Assembly: GCA_037440125.1 (NCBI GenBank)
Contig: JBBIUU010000008.1
Coordinates: forward strand, 1 to 59,564
DNA from: Acidobacteriota bacterium
GTDB lineage: Bacteria; Acidobacteriota; UBA4820; DSQY01
Direction: 5' to 3'
DNA length: 59,564 nt
Part shown: in pieces, positions 24,866 to 35,645 of the stretch
How the letters are laid out: the number at the start of each line of letters is the position of its first letter
Numbering within the stretch: the first letter of the stretch is position 1
The notes under the pieces: generated by a model
The model's database searches: none
Seen by the model: only the letters and a program-made list of their open reading frames with translations
Told to the model about the DNA's origin: nothing
Made by a program: the position numbers and the translations under genes

Positions 24866-25719
24866 GGGGACTCCTTCTGGTAATCAAAGGGTAGTTTAGA
24901 CGAAAAGACCACCGTGCGGAAGCGTCCCCTCAGCTTCGCCAGGTAGGCCTCCCGGAGCCGCTGCCCCTCCTCGTCGGTGAGGCGGAGCCGGATCTCCGGC
25001 GCCGCGTCCTCGAGCGGCTCGGCGTAGGTCTTGTACCGGCCCTCGAGGTAGAGGATCTGGTAGGCGCTGTCGGTGACGCGGATGGGCGCGGTGGCCGCCC
25101 CCGGGGGCGTCTTCTCGAGGACGGGCCGGAGGTAGTCCGGCAGCTCCTCGTACTGGAAGTACTGGGGCGCGCCCCGCCGGGGCGAGAGGGAGTAGAGGCG
25201 CGCCACGTCCACGAAGGAGTGGCCCCTCCTGAGGAGCTTCTCCGCGTCGTCGGCCTGCGTGGGGCCCGGGAGGAGCATCTCGCGCACGAGGACGCCGGGG
25301 CCCCGCGCGAACTCGTCGGCGTGGTCGCGGTAATAGGCCTCCACCTGCTCGGGCCCCACCTCCACCTTGGCGTAGACACGTTCCTGGAGGGCCGTCTCCG
25401 CGGCCGCCTCACGGGCCTTGGGGTCCGAGAGGGCGCCCAGGGGCTCGGGTGCCGCGGCGCCGCCGGGGGCCGGCGAGAGGTCGTTGAGGACGAGCACCTG
25501 GTCCACGAGGTCGTCCCATACCCGGCTCTTCACCCACGGGTCCTCGGAGGCTCCGGCCTGGCCGTAGGCGAGGGCCCGATTCAGGTCCGTCGTCGTGAGC
25601 GTGAAGCGTCCCACCACGGCGAGGACGTCGGGGGTGCCCTGCAGGCGCGCCACGGGGTCGCGCCGGCACGAGGCCGCCGCGAGGACGAGCAGGACCGCCG
25701 CCGCGAGCGCGCGCCTCAC
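24862..25719 (-). CDS. Lipoprotein, SurA/PpiC-like (degenerate parvulin-type) protein
   Basis: GTG at 25719 overlaps the mfd stop as GTGA. The product starts (V)[17 protein letters not shown], a lipobox-like signal. The rest resembles SurA/PpiD-type chaperones. It is the in-frame tail of track ORF 24862..28890. Confidence 0.65.
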   Translation of the reverse strand: MRRALAAAVLLVLAAASCRRDPVARLQGTPDVLAVVGRFTLTTTDLNRALAYGQAGASEDPWVKSRVWDDLVDQVLVLNDLSPAPGGAAAPEPLGALSDPKAREAAAETALQERVYAKVEVGPEQVEAYYRDHADEFARGPGVLVREMLLPGPTQADDAEKLLRRGHSFVDVARLYSLSPRRGAPQYFQYEELPDYLRPVLEKTPPGAATAPIRVTDSAYQILYLEGRYKTYAEPLEDAAPEIRLRLTDEEGQRLREAYLAKLRGRFRTVVFSSKLPFDYQKESP

Positions 25720-28700
25720 GCGTGCACCTCCGACGGCGCGGCCGCGTCGAGCACCCTGCCGAAGAGGTGCAGGGGGTCCTCCCCGCGCTCGAGGCCCATC
25801 TCGAGGGAGCCGCTCGGCGAGAGGTGCACGCCCTTCCTCGCGGACAGGAACCGCACGAGCCCCGCCGTGTCTAGGGGCGCCTCGGGGTCGAAGGTGAGGA
25901 CGAGCCGGTCGCCCTTGCGCGCCGCGCTCCGGATGGCGTGGCGCTCCGCGCGCAGCCGGAGCCGGACCGCGTCGAGCATGCGCGACACCACGGACGGCGC
26001 GGGACCGAAGCGGTCCGAGAGGTCCGCCGCGATGCGCGCCACGTCCTGGGCGTCGCCCGCGAGGGAGAGCTCCCGGTAGAGCGCGAGGCGCTGGTTCTGG
26101 TCCTCGATGTAGTCCTCGGGCACGGAGAGGTCGAGCGCGAGGTTCATCTCGCAGCGCACCGGGGCGAGCGCCGTCTCGCCCTTGGCCTCCGCCACGGCCT
26201 CCTCCAGGAGGCGCAGGTAGAGGTCGAAGCCCACGGCCTCGATGTGGCCCGACTGCTCGGCGCCGAGGAGGTTCCCCGCGCCGCGCAGCTCCAGGTCCAC
26301 GGCGGCCACGCGGAAGCCCGCGCCGAGCTCGGAGAACTCCTGCAGGGTCGCGAGGCGCTTCTCCGCGTCGGGGCGCAGGACCATCCCCTCGGGCACGAGG
26401 AGGTAGGCGTAGGCGGGCACGTCGGAGCGGCCGATGCGGCCCCTCAGCTGGTAGAGCTGGCACAGGCCGAAGACGTGGGCGTTGTTCACGACGAGGGTGT
26501 TGGCCCTCGGCAGGTCCACGCCGTTCTCGATGATCGTCGTGCACACGAGCACGTCGTAGTGCCCGTGGAAGAAGGCGAGCATGACCTCCTCGAGGGCGCG
26601 CTCCCCCATCTGCCCGTGGGCGATGGTGACGCGGGCCTCGGGGACCCACTCCTGGATGCGGCGCGCCGCGGCCGCGATGGTCTCCACCTGGTTGTGCACG
26701 TAGTAGACCTGCCCGCCGCGCCCGAGCTCGCGCCGGACGGCGGACTGCACGAGCTCCTTGTCGAACTCGTGCAGGGTGGTCTGGATGGCCAGGCGGTCCT
26801 TGGGCGGCGTCTGGATGAGCGACATGTCGAGGATGCCGCTCAGGCCCATCTGGAGGGTCCTCGGGATGGGCGTGGCCGTGAGCGTGAGCACGTCCACGTG
26901 GGTCTTGAGGGCCTTGATCTTCTCCTTGTGCGTGACGCCGAAGCGCTGCTCCTCGTCCACCACCAGGAGGCCGAGGTTGGGGAGCTTCACGTCCTTCGAG
27001 AGGAGGCGGTGCGTGCCGATGAGGACGTCTACCTTGCCGGCGTTCGCCTCCGCCACCACCGTCTTCTGGTCCTTCGCCGAGACGAAGCGCGACAGCATCC
27101 TCACGGTGACGGGGAAGGGCGCGAACCGCTCGGCGAAGCGCTCCTCGTGCTGGAGCGCGAGGACGGTCGTCGGGCACAGGACCATCACCTGCCGTCCGTC
27201 CTGCACGGCCTTGAAGGCGGCGCGCATGGCCACCTCGGTCTTGCCGAAGCCCACGTCTCCGCACACGAGGCGGTCCATGGGACGGGGCGACTGCATGTCC
27301 TTCTTGATCTCCTCCACGGCGCGGCCCTGGTCGGGCGTCAGGTCGAAGGGGAACTGCCCTTCGAACTCCTCCTGCCACGCGGTGTCGGAGCCGTAGGTCC
27401 AGCCCTCCACGGTGCGCCGCCTCGCGTAGAGCTTGAGGAGGTCGTCGGCGATCTCGCGCACGGCCTTGCGCACCTTGTCCTTGGCCTTCTTCCACGCGGG
27501 GCCGCCGAGGCGGTCGAGGGGCGGGATGACGCCCTCGGGCCCCACGTACTTCTGCACGAGGTCCATCCGCTGGACGGGCACCAGGAGGCGCCCGCCGCCC
27601 GCGTAGAGGAGGCTGAGGTAGTCCTCGCGCAGGCCCTCGCGGACGAGGGTCTCGATGCCCTGGTAGAGGCCCACGCCGTGGTCCACGTGAACCACGGGCT
27701 GGCCGGGCTTGAGGTCCCGGAGGCCCGAGAAGAAGGCCTCGCGGTGCTGGACGCGCGCCTCGGGGAGCGCCGCCCGGCCGCGCCCGAAGAGCTCGCGCTC
27801 GGTGACGGCGAGCCAGCGCGCCGCGGGGAAGACCACGCCCTCCTCGGCGGGCACGAGGGCGGCGTAGAAGCCCGGCGGCAGCTCGCCGCCCGGCGGGGGC
27901 TCGCGCAGGAGGTCGAAGCCCTCGGCCTTGGCCATCTCGGCGAGGCGGTCGAGCGTGCCCTGCCCCTGGAGGAGCGCCACGCAGCGGAATCCGGCCTCCA
28001 CGCGGTCGCGGATGTACCCGAGGAACTTGTAGGGCTCGCCGGGAAAGACCGGCGGGCGCTCGCTCGCGGCGGAGGCGCCCTCGGCGGATGCGGCCCGCAC
28101 GGTGCGCGGGTCCGCCACGAGGGCCTGCACCTCGGCGGCCCTCAGGAAGAGCTTCTCGGGCGCGAGGAAGGCGGGGCGGCGGTGGGTCCGGTGGCTCTCG
28201 TTCCACTGGTCGACGCGCGCCTTCGCCTGCTGGACGCACGCCTCGGGCTCCACGGCGAACCACGCCGCGCCCCCGAGGAACTCCTGCAGGCCGGCGAAGA
28301 ACTCCCGGTCCTGGCGGATCTCCGTGTCGTAGGTCGGGTACGCGCCCACCTGCGAGAGGCCCTCGAGGCGGATGTCCCCGAACTCTCCCTCCCCCCCGAG
28401 CACGGCCCTCAGGCGCGCCTGGAGGCCCTCGTCGCGGATGGCCTCGGACAGGGGCGGGACGAGCACGGGGCGGCCCACGGGGCCGAGGGAGTGCTGGGTC
28501 GAGGGGTCGAAGAAGCGCACCGACTCCACGTCGTCGCCGAAGAGCTCGAGGCGGACGGGCAGGGTCTCGGTGGGCGAGAAGGCGTCGATGACGCCGCCGC
28601 GGAAGGAGGCCTCGCCGGGCTCGCCCACGAGGTCCACCTGGCGGTACCCGAGCTTCCACAGCGAGGCCCGGAAGGCCCGGCGGTCGAGCTGGGACGCCTC

Positions 28701-29108
28701 CTCGACCTGGAGGAGGTGGCGCGTCCACCAGCCGCGCCGCGGCACCCGCCACAGGAGCGACTCGGCCGAGCAGAGGACCGCGGGGCGCGGGGAGAGCGCG
28801 GCCACGGCGAGGGCCTGGGCGCGCTCCAGGAGGATGCCCGGGTGGTTGGGCAGGCCCTCGTAGGGGTCGGCGTCGGGCGCTGGGAGGCACGCGGGGGCGC
28901 CGCGGTCGCCCAGGACGGCGCGGAGGAAGGCGTGCACCTTCTTCGCCGCCGCCTCCGTGGGGACGAGCACCGCCACGGCGCCCTGCCGCTCCGCGAGGTG
29001 CGCCGCGAGGGCGTAGGGCAGGCCTCCGCCGCGGGCCGAGGCGAGGCCCTCGGCGCCGCCGAGCGCGGCGTCGAGCTCGGCGAGGAACCTCCCGAGCACC
29101 GGGTTCAC
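25716..29108 (-). CDS. mfd: Transcription-repair coupling factor
   Basis: GTG at 29108 overlaps the rfaE-II stop. 1130 aa with helicase motifs ([34 protein letters not shown]) and a TRG region. Confidence 0.93.
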   Translation of the reverse strand: MNPVLGRFLAELDAALGGAEGLASARGGGLPYALAAHLAERQGAVAVLVPTEAAAKKVHAFLRAVLGDRGAPACLPAPDADPYEGLPNHPGILLERAQALAVAALSPRPAVLCSAESLLWRVPRRGWWTRHLLQVEEASQLDRRAFRASLWKLGYRQVDLVGEPGEASFRGGVIDAFSPTETLPVRLELFGDDVESVRFFDPSTQHSLGPVGRPVLVPPLSEAIRDEGLQARLRAVLGGEGEFGDIRLEGLSQVGAYPTYDTEIRQDREFFAGLQEFLGGAAWFAVEPEACVQQAKARVDQWNESHRTHRRPAFLAPEKLFLRAAEVQALVADPRTVRAASAEGASAASERPPVFPGEPYKFLGYIRDRVEAGFRCVALLQGQGTLDRLAEMAKAEGFDLLREPPPGGELPPGFYAALVPAEEGVVFPAARWLAVTERELFGRGRAALPEARVQHREAFFSGLRDLKPGQPVVHVDHGVGLYQGIETLVREGLREDYLSLLYAGGGRLLVPVQRMDLVQKYVGPEGVIPPLDRLGGPAWKKAKDKVRKAVREIADDLLKLYARRRTVEGWTYGSDTAWQEEFEGQFPFDLTPDQGRAVEEIKKDMQSPRPMDRLVCGDVGFGKTEVAMRAAFKAVQDGRQVMVLCPTTVLALQHEERFAERFAPFPVTVRMLSRFVSAKDQKTVVAEANAGKVDVLIGTHRLLSKDVKLPNLGLLVVDEEQRFGVTHKEKIKALKTHVDVLTLTATPIPRTLQMGLSGILDMSLIQTPPKDRLAIQTTLHEFDKELVQSAVRRELGRGGQVYYVHNQVETIAAAARRIQEWVPEARVTIAHGQMGERALEEVMLAFFHGHYDVLVCTTIIENGVDLPRANTLVVNNAHVFGLCQLYQLRGRIGRSDVPAYAYLLVPEGMVLRPDAEKRLATLQEFSELGAGFRVAAVDLELRGAGNLLGAEQSGHIEAVGFDLYLRLLEEAVAEAKGETALAPVRCEMNLALDLSVPEDYIEDQNQRLALYRELSLAGDAQDVARIAADLSDRFGPAPSVVSRMLDAVRLRLRAERHAIRSAARKGDRLVLTFDPEAPLDTAGLVRFLSARKGVHLSPSGSLEMGLERGEDPLHLFGRVLDAAAPSEVHA

Positions 29109-29584
29109 CCTCCGCCCCCGATCCTGCGCAGGATGCCGCTCGTGGAGCGACCCGGGACCACCGGGATCGTCGTGACGAGGCCGCCGCGGGCCTCCACGAC
29201 GTCCCGCCCCACGATGGCGTCGAGGGCCCAGTCGCCGCCCTTCACCAGGACGTCGGGCTCCACCGCCTCGATGACGCGCAGGGGCGTGTCCTCCGCGAAG
29301 AGGACCACGGCGTCCACGCAGGCCAACGCGGCGAGGATCTCGGCCCGCTCGCCCTCGGGCGTCACGGGACGCGAGGGCCCCTTGAGACGCCGCACGCTGT
29401 CGTCGTCGTTGAGGCCCACCACGAGCCGGTCGCCCAGGCCCCTCGCCGCGTTGAGGTAGCGCACGTGCCCCGCGTGCAGGAGGTCGAAGCACCCGTTCGT
29501 GAAGACCACGCGCTCCCCCGCCGAGCGCCACGCCTCGCGCAGCGCCCGCAGCTCGGGCCAGGTGAGGGCTCCGGCGGGGCTCAT
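29105..29584 (-). CDS. D-glycero-beta-D-manno-heptose-1-phosphate adenylyltransferase (RfaE domain II-type cytidylyltransferase)
   Basis: 159 aa, ...[48 protein letters not shown]... Confidence 0.88.
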   Translation of the reverse strand: MSPAGALTWPELRALREAWRSAGERVVFTNGCFDLLHAGHVRYLNAARGLGDRLVVGLNDDDSVRRLKGPSRPVTPEGERAEILAALACVDAVVLFAEDTPLRVIEAVEPDVLVKGGDWALDAIVGRDVVEARGGLVTTIPVVPGRSTSGILRRIGGGG

Positions 29585-30774
29585 CGCGCGATCCGCCTCG
29601 CTTCGACCCGCTGCTGGAGGGGCGGGAGGACGCGCTCCACCACCGACCTCAGGGTCACGGCGCGCCCCTTCTCCACGGTGCACACCTGGAAGGGCTGGAT
29701 CACGTCGCCGTTGACGTCGAAGGTCGTGGAGCCCGCGGCCCCGGGGTAGTTGCGCACCGCGAGGAGGGCGCCCCGGATGCCGGCCGCGTCGGGCCCCGCC
29801 TTGGTCATGGCCAGGGCCACCAGGCGCACGGCGTCGTAGGCGTGCGCGGCGTAGATGTCGGGGTCCTCGTGGTAGCGCGCCACGAAGGCCGACGCGAAGA
29901 GCGAGGCCTCGCGGTCCCCGTCGGGATCGTAGGAGGGGCGGGCGAAGACGACGCCCGCGAGCGCCGGGTCCCTGAGGTAGGCGGCCTCGCCCACGGCGCT
30001 CCCGGCGAGAACCGGGGGAAGGTCGGCGGAGGTTCGGAGCTCGCGCAGGGCGAGCAGGAGGTCCCCCGCGTAGCCCGCCAGGACGAGCACCTCGGCGGCC
30101 TTCGCCGCTCCCGCCAGGGCGCGCGCCTGGTCGCGGGCGCCGCCGGCCGGCTCCAGGGCCGCGGTCACGCAGGAGCGCCCCTCGGCCTCGAAACGGTCGC
30201 AGAAGGCCTTCTGGAAGCCCTCGGCGTAGGGGTTGTGCCCCACGAGGACGAGCGCGCGGGAGGCGTGGAGCGTGTAGGCCGCGAACTCCGCCAAGGTCTT
30301 CCCCTCGATCTCGTCGGAGGGCCAGTTTCGGAAGACGAAGGGACCCGTCTGCGTGATGGCCGCGCCCGAGGCGGAGGGGGACAGGAGGACGCGGCGGTAG
30401 CGGTCGGTGAGGGGCGCCATGGCCAGGCACTCGGCCGTGCTCGCGCCGCCCACCACCGCGGGGACGCGGTCCTCCACCACGAGGCGCTGGAAGGCGCGGG
30501 CCGCCTCGGCGGGGTCGGAACCCGTGTCGGCCTGCACCAGCTCGAGGCGCCGCCCCTGGATGCCTCCCGCCCCGTTGATCTGCTCCACGGCGAGCTGGGC
30601 CCCCTGCTGGAGGCTCCTGCCATAGGCCGAAAGGGAGCCCGTGACGGGGAGGGCGAGGCCGATGCGGACGGGGTTCAGGCGGCACGCGAAGGCCCACGCC
30701 AGCCCGGCCAGCGCCGGCGCGCAGGCCAGGAGGCCGAGGCCTCTGCGAAGCGAGCGACTTGCCGTCCTCTCCAT
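29581..30774 (-). CDS. Periplasmic substrate-binding protein, LivK/Peripla_BP_6-like
   Basis: ATG at 30774; the track ORF starts at a TTG at 30789. The product contains a signal-like [30 protein letters not shown] and then [44 protein letters not shown]. Confidence 0.8.
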   Translation of the reverse strand: MERTASRSLRRGLGLLACAPALAGLAWAFACRLNPVRIGLALPVTGSLSAYGRSLQQGAQLAVEQINGAGGIQGRRLELVQADTGSDPAEAARAFQRLVVEDRVPAVVGGASTAECLAMAPLTDRYRRVLLSPSASGAAITQTGPFVFRNWPSDEIEGKTLAEFAAYTLHASRALVLVGHNPYAEGFQKAFCDRFEAEGRSCVTAALEPAGGARDQARALAGAAKAAEVLVLAGYAGDLLLALRELRTSADLPPVLAGSAVGEAAYLRDPALAGVVFARPSYDPDGDREASLFASAFVARYHEDPDIYAAHAYDAVRLVALAMTKAGPDAAGIRGALLAVRNYPGAAGSTTFDVNGDVIQPFQVCTVEKGRAVTLRSVVERVLPPLQQRVEARRIAR

Positions 30775-30879
30775 CGGTTCACCCACCAAACTTATTATGT
30801 TAGCGGTGGGGGTCTGGGAGGGTCAAGGTGAAGCCCGGCCGCGGGCCTATGGTACCCTCTGCCGGTGGAGGAAGATGCC

Positions 30880-32907
30880 ATGCCGTTCCGCCGGACGTTC
30901 GTCTGCCTTGCCCTGGCGCTCGCCGCGACGCTCTCGGTCTCGGCCCAGAGCCCCAACATCGTGCTCGTCAGCCTGGACACCTTCCGAGCGGACCGTCTCG
31001 CCGCCTGGGGCGCTCCGCCCGAGCTGGCCCCCAACCTGAACGCCCTCGCGGCCAAGGGCGCGTGCTTCACCGGGTGCTCCGCGCCGGCCCCCGAGACGCT
31101 CCCCTCCCACGCCACGCTCCTGACCGGCGCCTACCCCTCGCTGACGGGGCTGCACGCCAACGGTTTCGGCAGGCTGGCGGCCATCCCCACCCTCGCCGAG
31201 GTCCTCTCGGCGCGCGGCTACGCGACCTGCGCCGTGGTCGCGAGCCCCGTGCTCAACTCCCGCTACGGGCTCTCGAAGGGCTTCGCGGCCTATGACGACG
31301 CCTTGGGCTCGGCGTCCTCGCGGACCGCCAACGACGTCACGGACCGCGCCCTCGCCAAACTCCGCGCCCCGCGCAAGGGGCCCGTCTTCCTCTGGGTGCA
31401 CTACTTCGACGCGCACTTCCCCTACGCGTCTCCCTCGAGCTACGCGAAGCGCACGAAGAACGCCCCCTACGACAGCGCCGTGGCCTTCGTGGACGCGGAG
31501 CTGGGCCGGCTGCTTCGAAACCTGCCGCCCGACACCGTGGTCGCCGTCGTCTCCGACCACGGCGAGGCCCTCGGCGACCACGGGGAGCCCACCCACGGCG
31601 TCTTCCTCTTCCAGCCCACGATCCAGGTGGTGTGCCTCCTTCAGGGCCCCGGCGTCCCGGCGGGGAAGGCCTCGAAGGCCCCCGCGTCCCTCGGCGACGT
31701 GGCCCGGACCCTCGCGTCCCTCGCGGGCGTCCCCGCGTCGTCGCTGAAGGGCGAAGGCGTCGATCTCCTGTCCCGGCTCAAGGGCGACGGGGGCGCGCGC
31801 GTCCTGCCGCTCGAGGCGTGGCTCCCCTTCGCCGAGTTCCGTTGGATGCCCCTCGTGGGCGTCACCGACGGGCGCTTCAAGTGGGTGCGCGGGAAGTCCG
31901 ACCACCTCTACGACCTCTCGGCCGACCCCGGCGAGTCGAAGGACCTCGCGGCCCAGCCTCCCGCCGAGGCGGCCGCGCTGCGAGCCAGGATCCCCGAGCT
32001 CCCCAAGACCGCGCCCTCGGAGGGACAGGTGGACCCGGCCCTCCTCGGCCTCGGATACAGCCCCGCCCCGGGCGGGCACTTCGACCCCGCCGTGCTCCCC
32101 GACCCCTACGACCGCGTGTCGGTCCTCCAGGATGTGGCCCAGGGGCGCCTCGAACGCGCGAGCGGCCAGTTCGACAGGGCCATCGCGCGGCTGCGGTCCG
32201 CCACCGACCGCGACCCGGGCAACCCCTACGCGTGGTTCGAGTACGGCGAGACCCTCCGGAGGGACGGCAAGACGGCGGACGCCGTCAAGGCCCTCGACCG
32301 CGCGGTGTCCATCGCGCCCCAGCTCTACGAGGCCTGGACCGCCAAAGGCCACGCCCTCGCGGCCGAGAAGAAGAGCGACGAGGCGGGCCGATGCTACGAG
32401 AAGGCCGTGGCCCTCCAGCCCGACTACACCCCCGCGGTGGACGCCCTCGCCGCCTACTACCTGGACCTCAACCAGCCCGACAAGGCCGTGGGGCTCATCG
32501 AGCGAGCCGTGTCCACGGGCATCGCGGACTCCGGCACCTACCTCCTGCGCGGGCGCGTCCACCTCGTCCAGAAAAAGAGCGACGAGGCGGCCAAGGACTT
32601 CGAGGCGGCCCTGCGCCTGAGCCTCAAGCCCGAGGAGACCCTCAAGCAGGAGGCGGACTTCTACGTCATCCTGGACCAGGTGGACCAGGGCGAGCGCCTC
32701 TACCAGGAGGGCATCAAGCGCTACCCGGGCTACGCCCCCAACTACCTCACCCTCGGCAGCTACTTCCTCCAGCTCGACCGGCCCGACAAGGCGCTCCCCT
32801 ACTTCAAGGGCGCTCTGGGGTGCGACCTCGAGCCCACGACGCGCCAGCAGGTCCAGGAGATGGTGAAGGAGCTCGAGGCCGCGCAGGGGACGCCCCGCCA
32901 GCCGTGA
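30880..32907 (+). CDS. Sulfatase-like (alkaline-phosphatase superfamily) hydrolase/transferase fused to C-terminal TPR repeats, paralog 1
   Basis: GGAGG lies 9 nt upstream of the ATG. Signal peptide MPFRRTFVCLALALAATLSVSAQ. Motifs NIVLVSLDTFRADRL, ...TLPSHATLLTG..., DHGEALGDHGEPTHG. TPR-like C-terminal half. Confidence 0.85.
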   Translation: MPFRRTFVCLALALAATLSVSAQSPNIVLVSLDTFRADRLAAWGAPPELAPNLNALAAKGACFTGCSAPAPETLPSHATLLTGAYPSLTGLHANGFGRLAAIPTLAEVLSARGYATCAVVASPVLNSRYGLSKGFAAYDDALGSASSRTANDVTDRALAKLRAPRKGPVFLWVHYFDAHFPYASPSSYAKRTKNAPYDSAVAFVDAELGRLLRNLPPDTVVAVVSDHGEALGDHGEPTHGVFLFQPTIQVVCLLQGPGVPAGKASKAPASLGDVARTLASLAGVPASSLKGEGVDLLSRLKGDGGARVLPLEAWLPFAEFRWMPLVGVTDGRFKWVRGKSDHLYDLSADPGESKDLAAQPPAEAAALRARIPELPKTAPSEGQVDPALLGLGYSPAPGGHFDPAVLPDPYDRVSVLQDVAQGRLERASGQFDRAIARLRSATDRDPGNPYAWFEYGETLRRDGKTADAVKALDRAVSIAPQLYEAWTAKGHALAAEKKSDEAGRCYEKAVALQPDYTPAVDALAAYYLDLNQPDKAVGLIERAVSTGIADSGTYLLRGRVHLVQKKSDEAAKDFEAALRLSLKPEETLKQEADFYVILDQVDQGERLYQEGIKRYPGYAPNYLTLGSYFLQLDRPDKALPYFKGALGCDLEPTTRQQVQEMVKELEAAQGTPRQP

Positions 32908-32972
32908 GCGCCGCGAAGTCTGCCACGCCTCCGCGGCGTGTGGTACCCTCTTGGCCCGTCGTGGAGGTATCC

Positions 32973-35006
32973 ATGCCCTTCCGCAGGATGCTCCTGGCCC
33001 TCGCCCTGGCCCTCGCCGCAAGGACCGCGGCGATGGCGCAGAGCCCGAACCTGGTACTCATCAGCCTCGACACGGTCCGGGCCGACCGCCTGGCGCCCTG
33101 GGGCGGGTCGCCGGACCTGGCGCCCAACCTGAACGCGCTCGCCGCGAGAGGGAGCGCCTTCGCGAGCTGCTTCGCACCGGCGCCCCTCACGCTCCCCTCC
33201 CACGCGACCATGCTCACGGGCGTCTTCCCTGAGGTCTCGGGGCTCCGCGACAACGGGTTCGGGACCCTCGCGCCCGGAGTACCCACGCTCGCCGAGGTCC
33301 TGGCGGCCCGCGGCTACACCACCGCGGCCGTCATCGCCGCCCCGGTGCTCGACGACCAGTACGGCCTGAACCGGGGGTTCGGGAGCTACGACGACGACAT
33401 GGGCGCGGCCGTCTACCGCCCGGGCAACGAGGTCACCGACCGCGCCATCGCCCGGATCCGGGCGCCGCGCAAGGGGCCGCTCTTCCTCTTCGTGCACTAC
33501 TTCGACGCCCACTTCCCGTACAACTGGCCCCCCGCCTTCGCCCGCCACACCAAGGACGCCGACTACGACAGCGCCGTGGCCTTCGTGGATTCGGAGGTGG
33601 GCCGGCTGATGAAGGCGCTCCCGCCCGACACCGTGGTGGCCGTCGTGTCCGACCACGGCGAGGGTCTGGGCGACCACGGGGAACCCACGCACGGGGTGTT
33701 CCTCTTCCAAGCCACCGTCCACGTCGTCTGCTTCCTCCAGGGGCCCGGCGTCCCACAGGGAAAGAAGGTTTCTGGGCCGACATCGCTGTGCGACGTGGCA
33801 CGGACGCTCGCGGCTCTGGCGGGTGCGCCCGCGTCGGCGCTCGAGGGCGACGGCGTGGACCTCCTCGCCCTCGCCAGGGGAAGCGCGCCGCCCTTCCGTG
33901 CCTTCCCGCTGGAGTCCTGGGTGCCCTTCTCTCAGTACAGGTGGCACCCCCTCTTCGGCGTTACCGACGGGCGCTACAAGTGGGTGCGGGGGAAGGTGGA
34001 CCGCCTCTACGACTTGGCCTCCGACCCGGGGGAGACGAAGAACCTCGCCGCGGCTCCGCCCCCCGACGCCAAGGCGCTCAAGGGGAAGCTCCCGGCCCAG
34101 CCCGCGGCCGCGCCGTCCCAGGGAAAGGTGGACCCGGCCCTCCTCGGCCTGGGCTACGCGCCCGCGCCGGGAGGCAGCTACGACCCCGCGAGCCTGCCCG
34201 ACCCCTACGACCGGGCCTTCGTCCTCCAGGCCATCACGGAGGCGCGGATCGAGCGCTCCGACGGGGACCTCGGGAAGGCCGTGGCCCGGCTGAAATCGGC
34301 GGCCGAGAAGGACACCGGGGACCCCTCCGTGTGGTTCGAGTACGGCGAGACCCTGCGCCGCGCGGGCAGATACACCGAGGCCGTCGCGGCCCTCGAGCGG
34401 GCGCTGACGATCTCGCCCCAGGTCTACCAGGTGTGGACCTCCAAGGGCCACGCGCTCCTGGCCCTGGAGAAGGGCGAGGAGGCGGCGCGCGCCTACGAGA
34501 AGGCCGTGGCGCTCCAGCCCGACTTCACGCCGGCGGTGAACGCGCTCGCGGCCTACTACCTCGATACGGGAAAGTCCGAGAGGGCCCTCACGCTGGTGGA
34601 GCGCGCCATCGCCGCCGGCACGGGGGACTTCAACACCTACCTCCTGCGGGGCCAGCTCTTCCTCATGGGGCAGCGGACCGGCGACGCCGCGAAGGACTTC
34701 GAGCTGGCCGTTCGGCTGAGCCCTCACCCCGAGGAGACCCTCAAGGAGGAGGCCGACACCTACGTGGCGGTGAAGCGGGAGGCGGAAGGGGAGGCCCTCT
34801 ACGTCGAGGGCACGCGGCGCTTCCCTGCCTACGCGCCCAACTACTTGGCGCTCGGCAGTCTGTCCCTCAAGCGGGGGCACGCCGACGAGGCCCTGGCCCA
34901 GTTCAGGAAGGCCCTGGGGCTCAAGCTCGACGCGCCGACGCGGCGGCAAGTGGAGGGCCTCGTCCGGAAGCTCGAGGCCGGAGCCGGAGGGGCCGCTTCG
35001 AAGTAG
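32973..35006 (+). CDS. Sulfatase-like hydrolase/transferase fused to TPR repeats, paralog 2
   Basis: ATG at 32973 inside track ORF 31632..35006. MPFRRMLLALALALAARTAAMAQSPNLVLISLDTVRADRL...TLPSHATMLTG...DHGEGLGDHGEPTHG. Collinear with paralog 1. Confidence 0.85.
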   Translation: MPFRRMLLALALALAARTAAMAQSPNLVLISLDTVRADRLAPWGGSPDLAPNLNALAARGSAFASCFAPAPLTLPSHATMLTGVFPEVSGLRDNGFGTLAPGVPTLAEVLAARGYTTAAVIAAPVLDDQYGLNRGFGSYDDDMGAAVYRPGNEVTDRAIARIRAPRKGPLFLFVHYFDAHFPYNWPPAFARHTKDADYDSAVAFVDSEVGRLMKALPPDTVVAVVSDHGEGLGDHGEPTHGVFLFQATVHVVCFLQGPGVPQGKKVSGPTSLCDVARTLAALAGAPASALEGDGVDLLALARGSAPPFRAFPLESWVPFSQYRWHPLFGVTDGRYKWVRGKVDRLYDLASDPGETKNLAAAPPPDAKALKGKLPAQPAAAPSQGKVDPALLGLGYAPAPGGSYDPASLPDPYDRAFVLQAITEARIERSDGDLGKAVARLKSAAEKDTGDPSVWFEYGETLRRAGRYTEAVAALERALTISPQVYQVWTSKGHALLALEKGEEAARAYEKAVALQPDFTPAVNALAAYYLDTGKSERALTLVERAIAAGTGDFNTYLLRGQLFLMGQRTGDAAKDFELAVRLSPHPEETLKEEADTYVAVKREAEGEALYVEGTRRFPAYAPNYLALGSLSLKRGHADEALAQFRKALGLKLDAPTRRQVEGLVRKLEAGAGGAASK

Positions 35007-35133
35007 GGCTTGTCTACGCCAGTGGCCCGGCCGGCGCGAGATCCAGCGGCTCGTTGCCCCACAATTTCAACCCCACAGAGGCGATTCGCTTTCGCAGCGA
35101 AGCGGAGAAAGCGGCGTCCCGACGCCCCTCAGC

Positions 35134-35634
35134 CTACTGCCCGAAGCCGATCTTCCTCGTGCTCTCGTCCTGGTCGAGGAACTGCTGGAGCCCCTGGTCG
35201 TAGGACTCCTTCACGGCGCCGAACACGTGGTCCATCACCAGCGCCAGGTCCTGCGGGAAGCCGTCCCGGACCCTCATGTCGTCCCCGTCCTGCCCGAGGC
35301 GCACGAAGAACATCCCGTCGTGGCGCTTCAGGAGCAGCTTGATGAGGACCGCCTGCGGGGGGAAATTGCCCCCCGCGTCCACGAGGTCCACGACCACGCC
35401 CACGTGCCAGTAGGTGTCCTCGTCCAGGTGCATGGCGCTGGAGAGGGTGTACACGGCCTCGGGGTCCGGGTCGCGGCTCACGGGGACGATGCGGATGCGT
35501 CCCTCGGGGACCTGGAGGAAGGTGAAGAGGCCCTCCAGGAGCTCCTGGGCGAAGGCGAAGCAGGCGTTGCGGTAGTCCACGTAGGCCTTGCGGGAATCGG
35601 CGTAGGCCTTGCAGAGCTCGTCGTACTTGGACAT
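35134..35634 (-). CDS. Hypothetical cytoplasmic protein (166 aa), last gene of the OPT/DdpX operon
   Basis: ATG at 35634. MSKYDELCKAYADSRKAYVDYRNACFAFAQELLEG... I recognise no family. Coding-like composition, and only an 11-nt gap to ddpX. Confidence 0.6.
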   Translation of the reverse strand: MSKYDELCKAYADSRKAYVDYRNACFAFAQELLEGLFTFLQVPEGRIRIVPVSRDPDPEAVYTLSSAMHLDEDTYWHVGVVVDLVDAGGNFPPQAVLIKLLLKRHDGMFFVRLGQDGDDMRVRDGFPQDLALVMDHVFGAVKESYDQGLQQFLDQDESTRKIGFGQ

Positions 35635-35645
35635 GGGGCGTGCTC

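Noticed and set aside
29581-30774. The RRGLG motif in the LivK-like binding protein, considered as a second Tat signal.
   Set aside because: The motif lacks the hydrophobic residues expected after RR (RRxFL) and sits within an ordinary Sec-like signal. The evidence is too weak to report.
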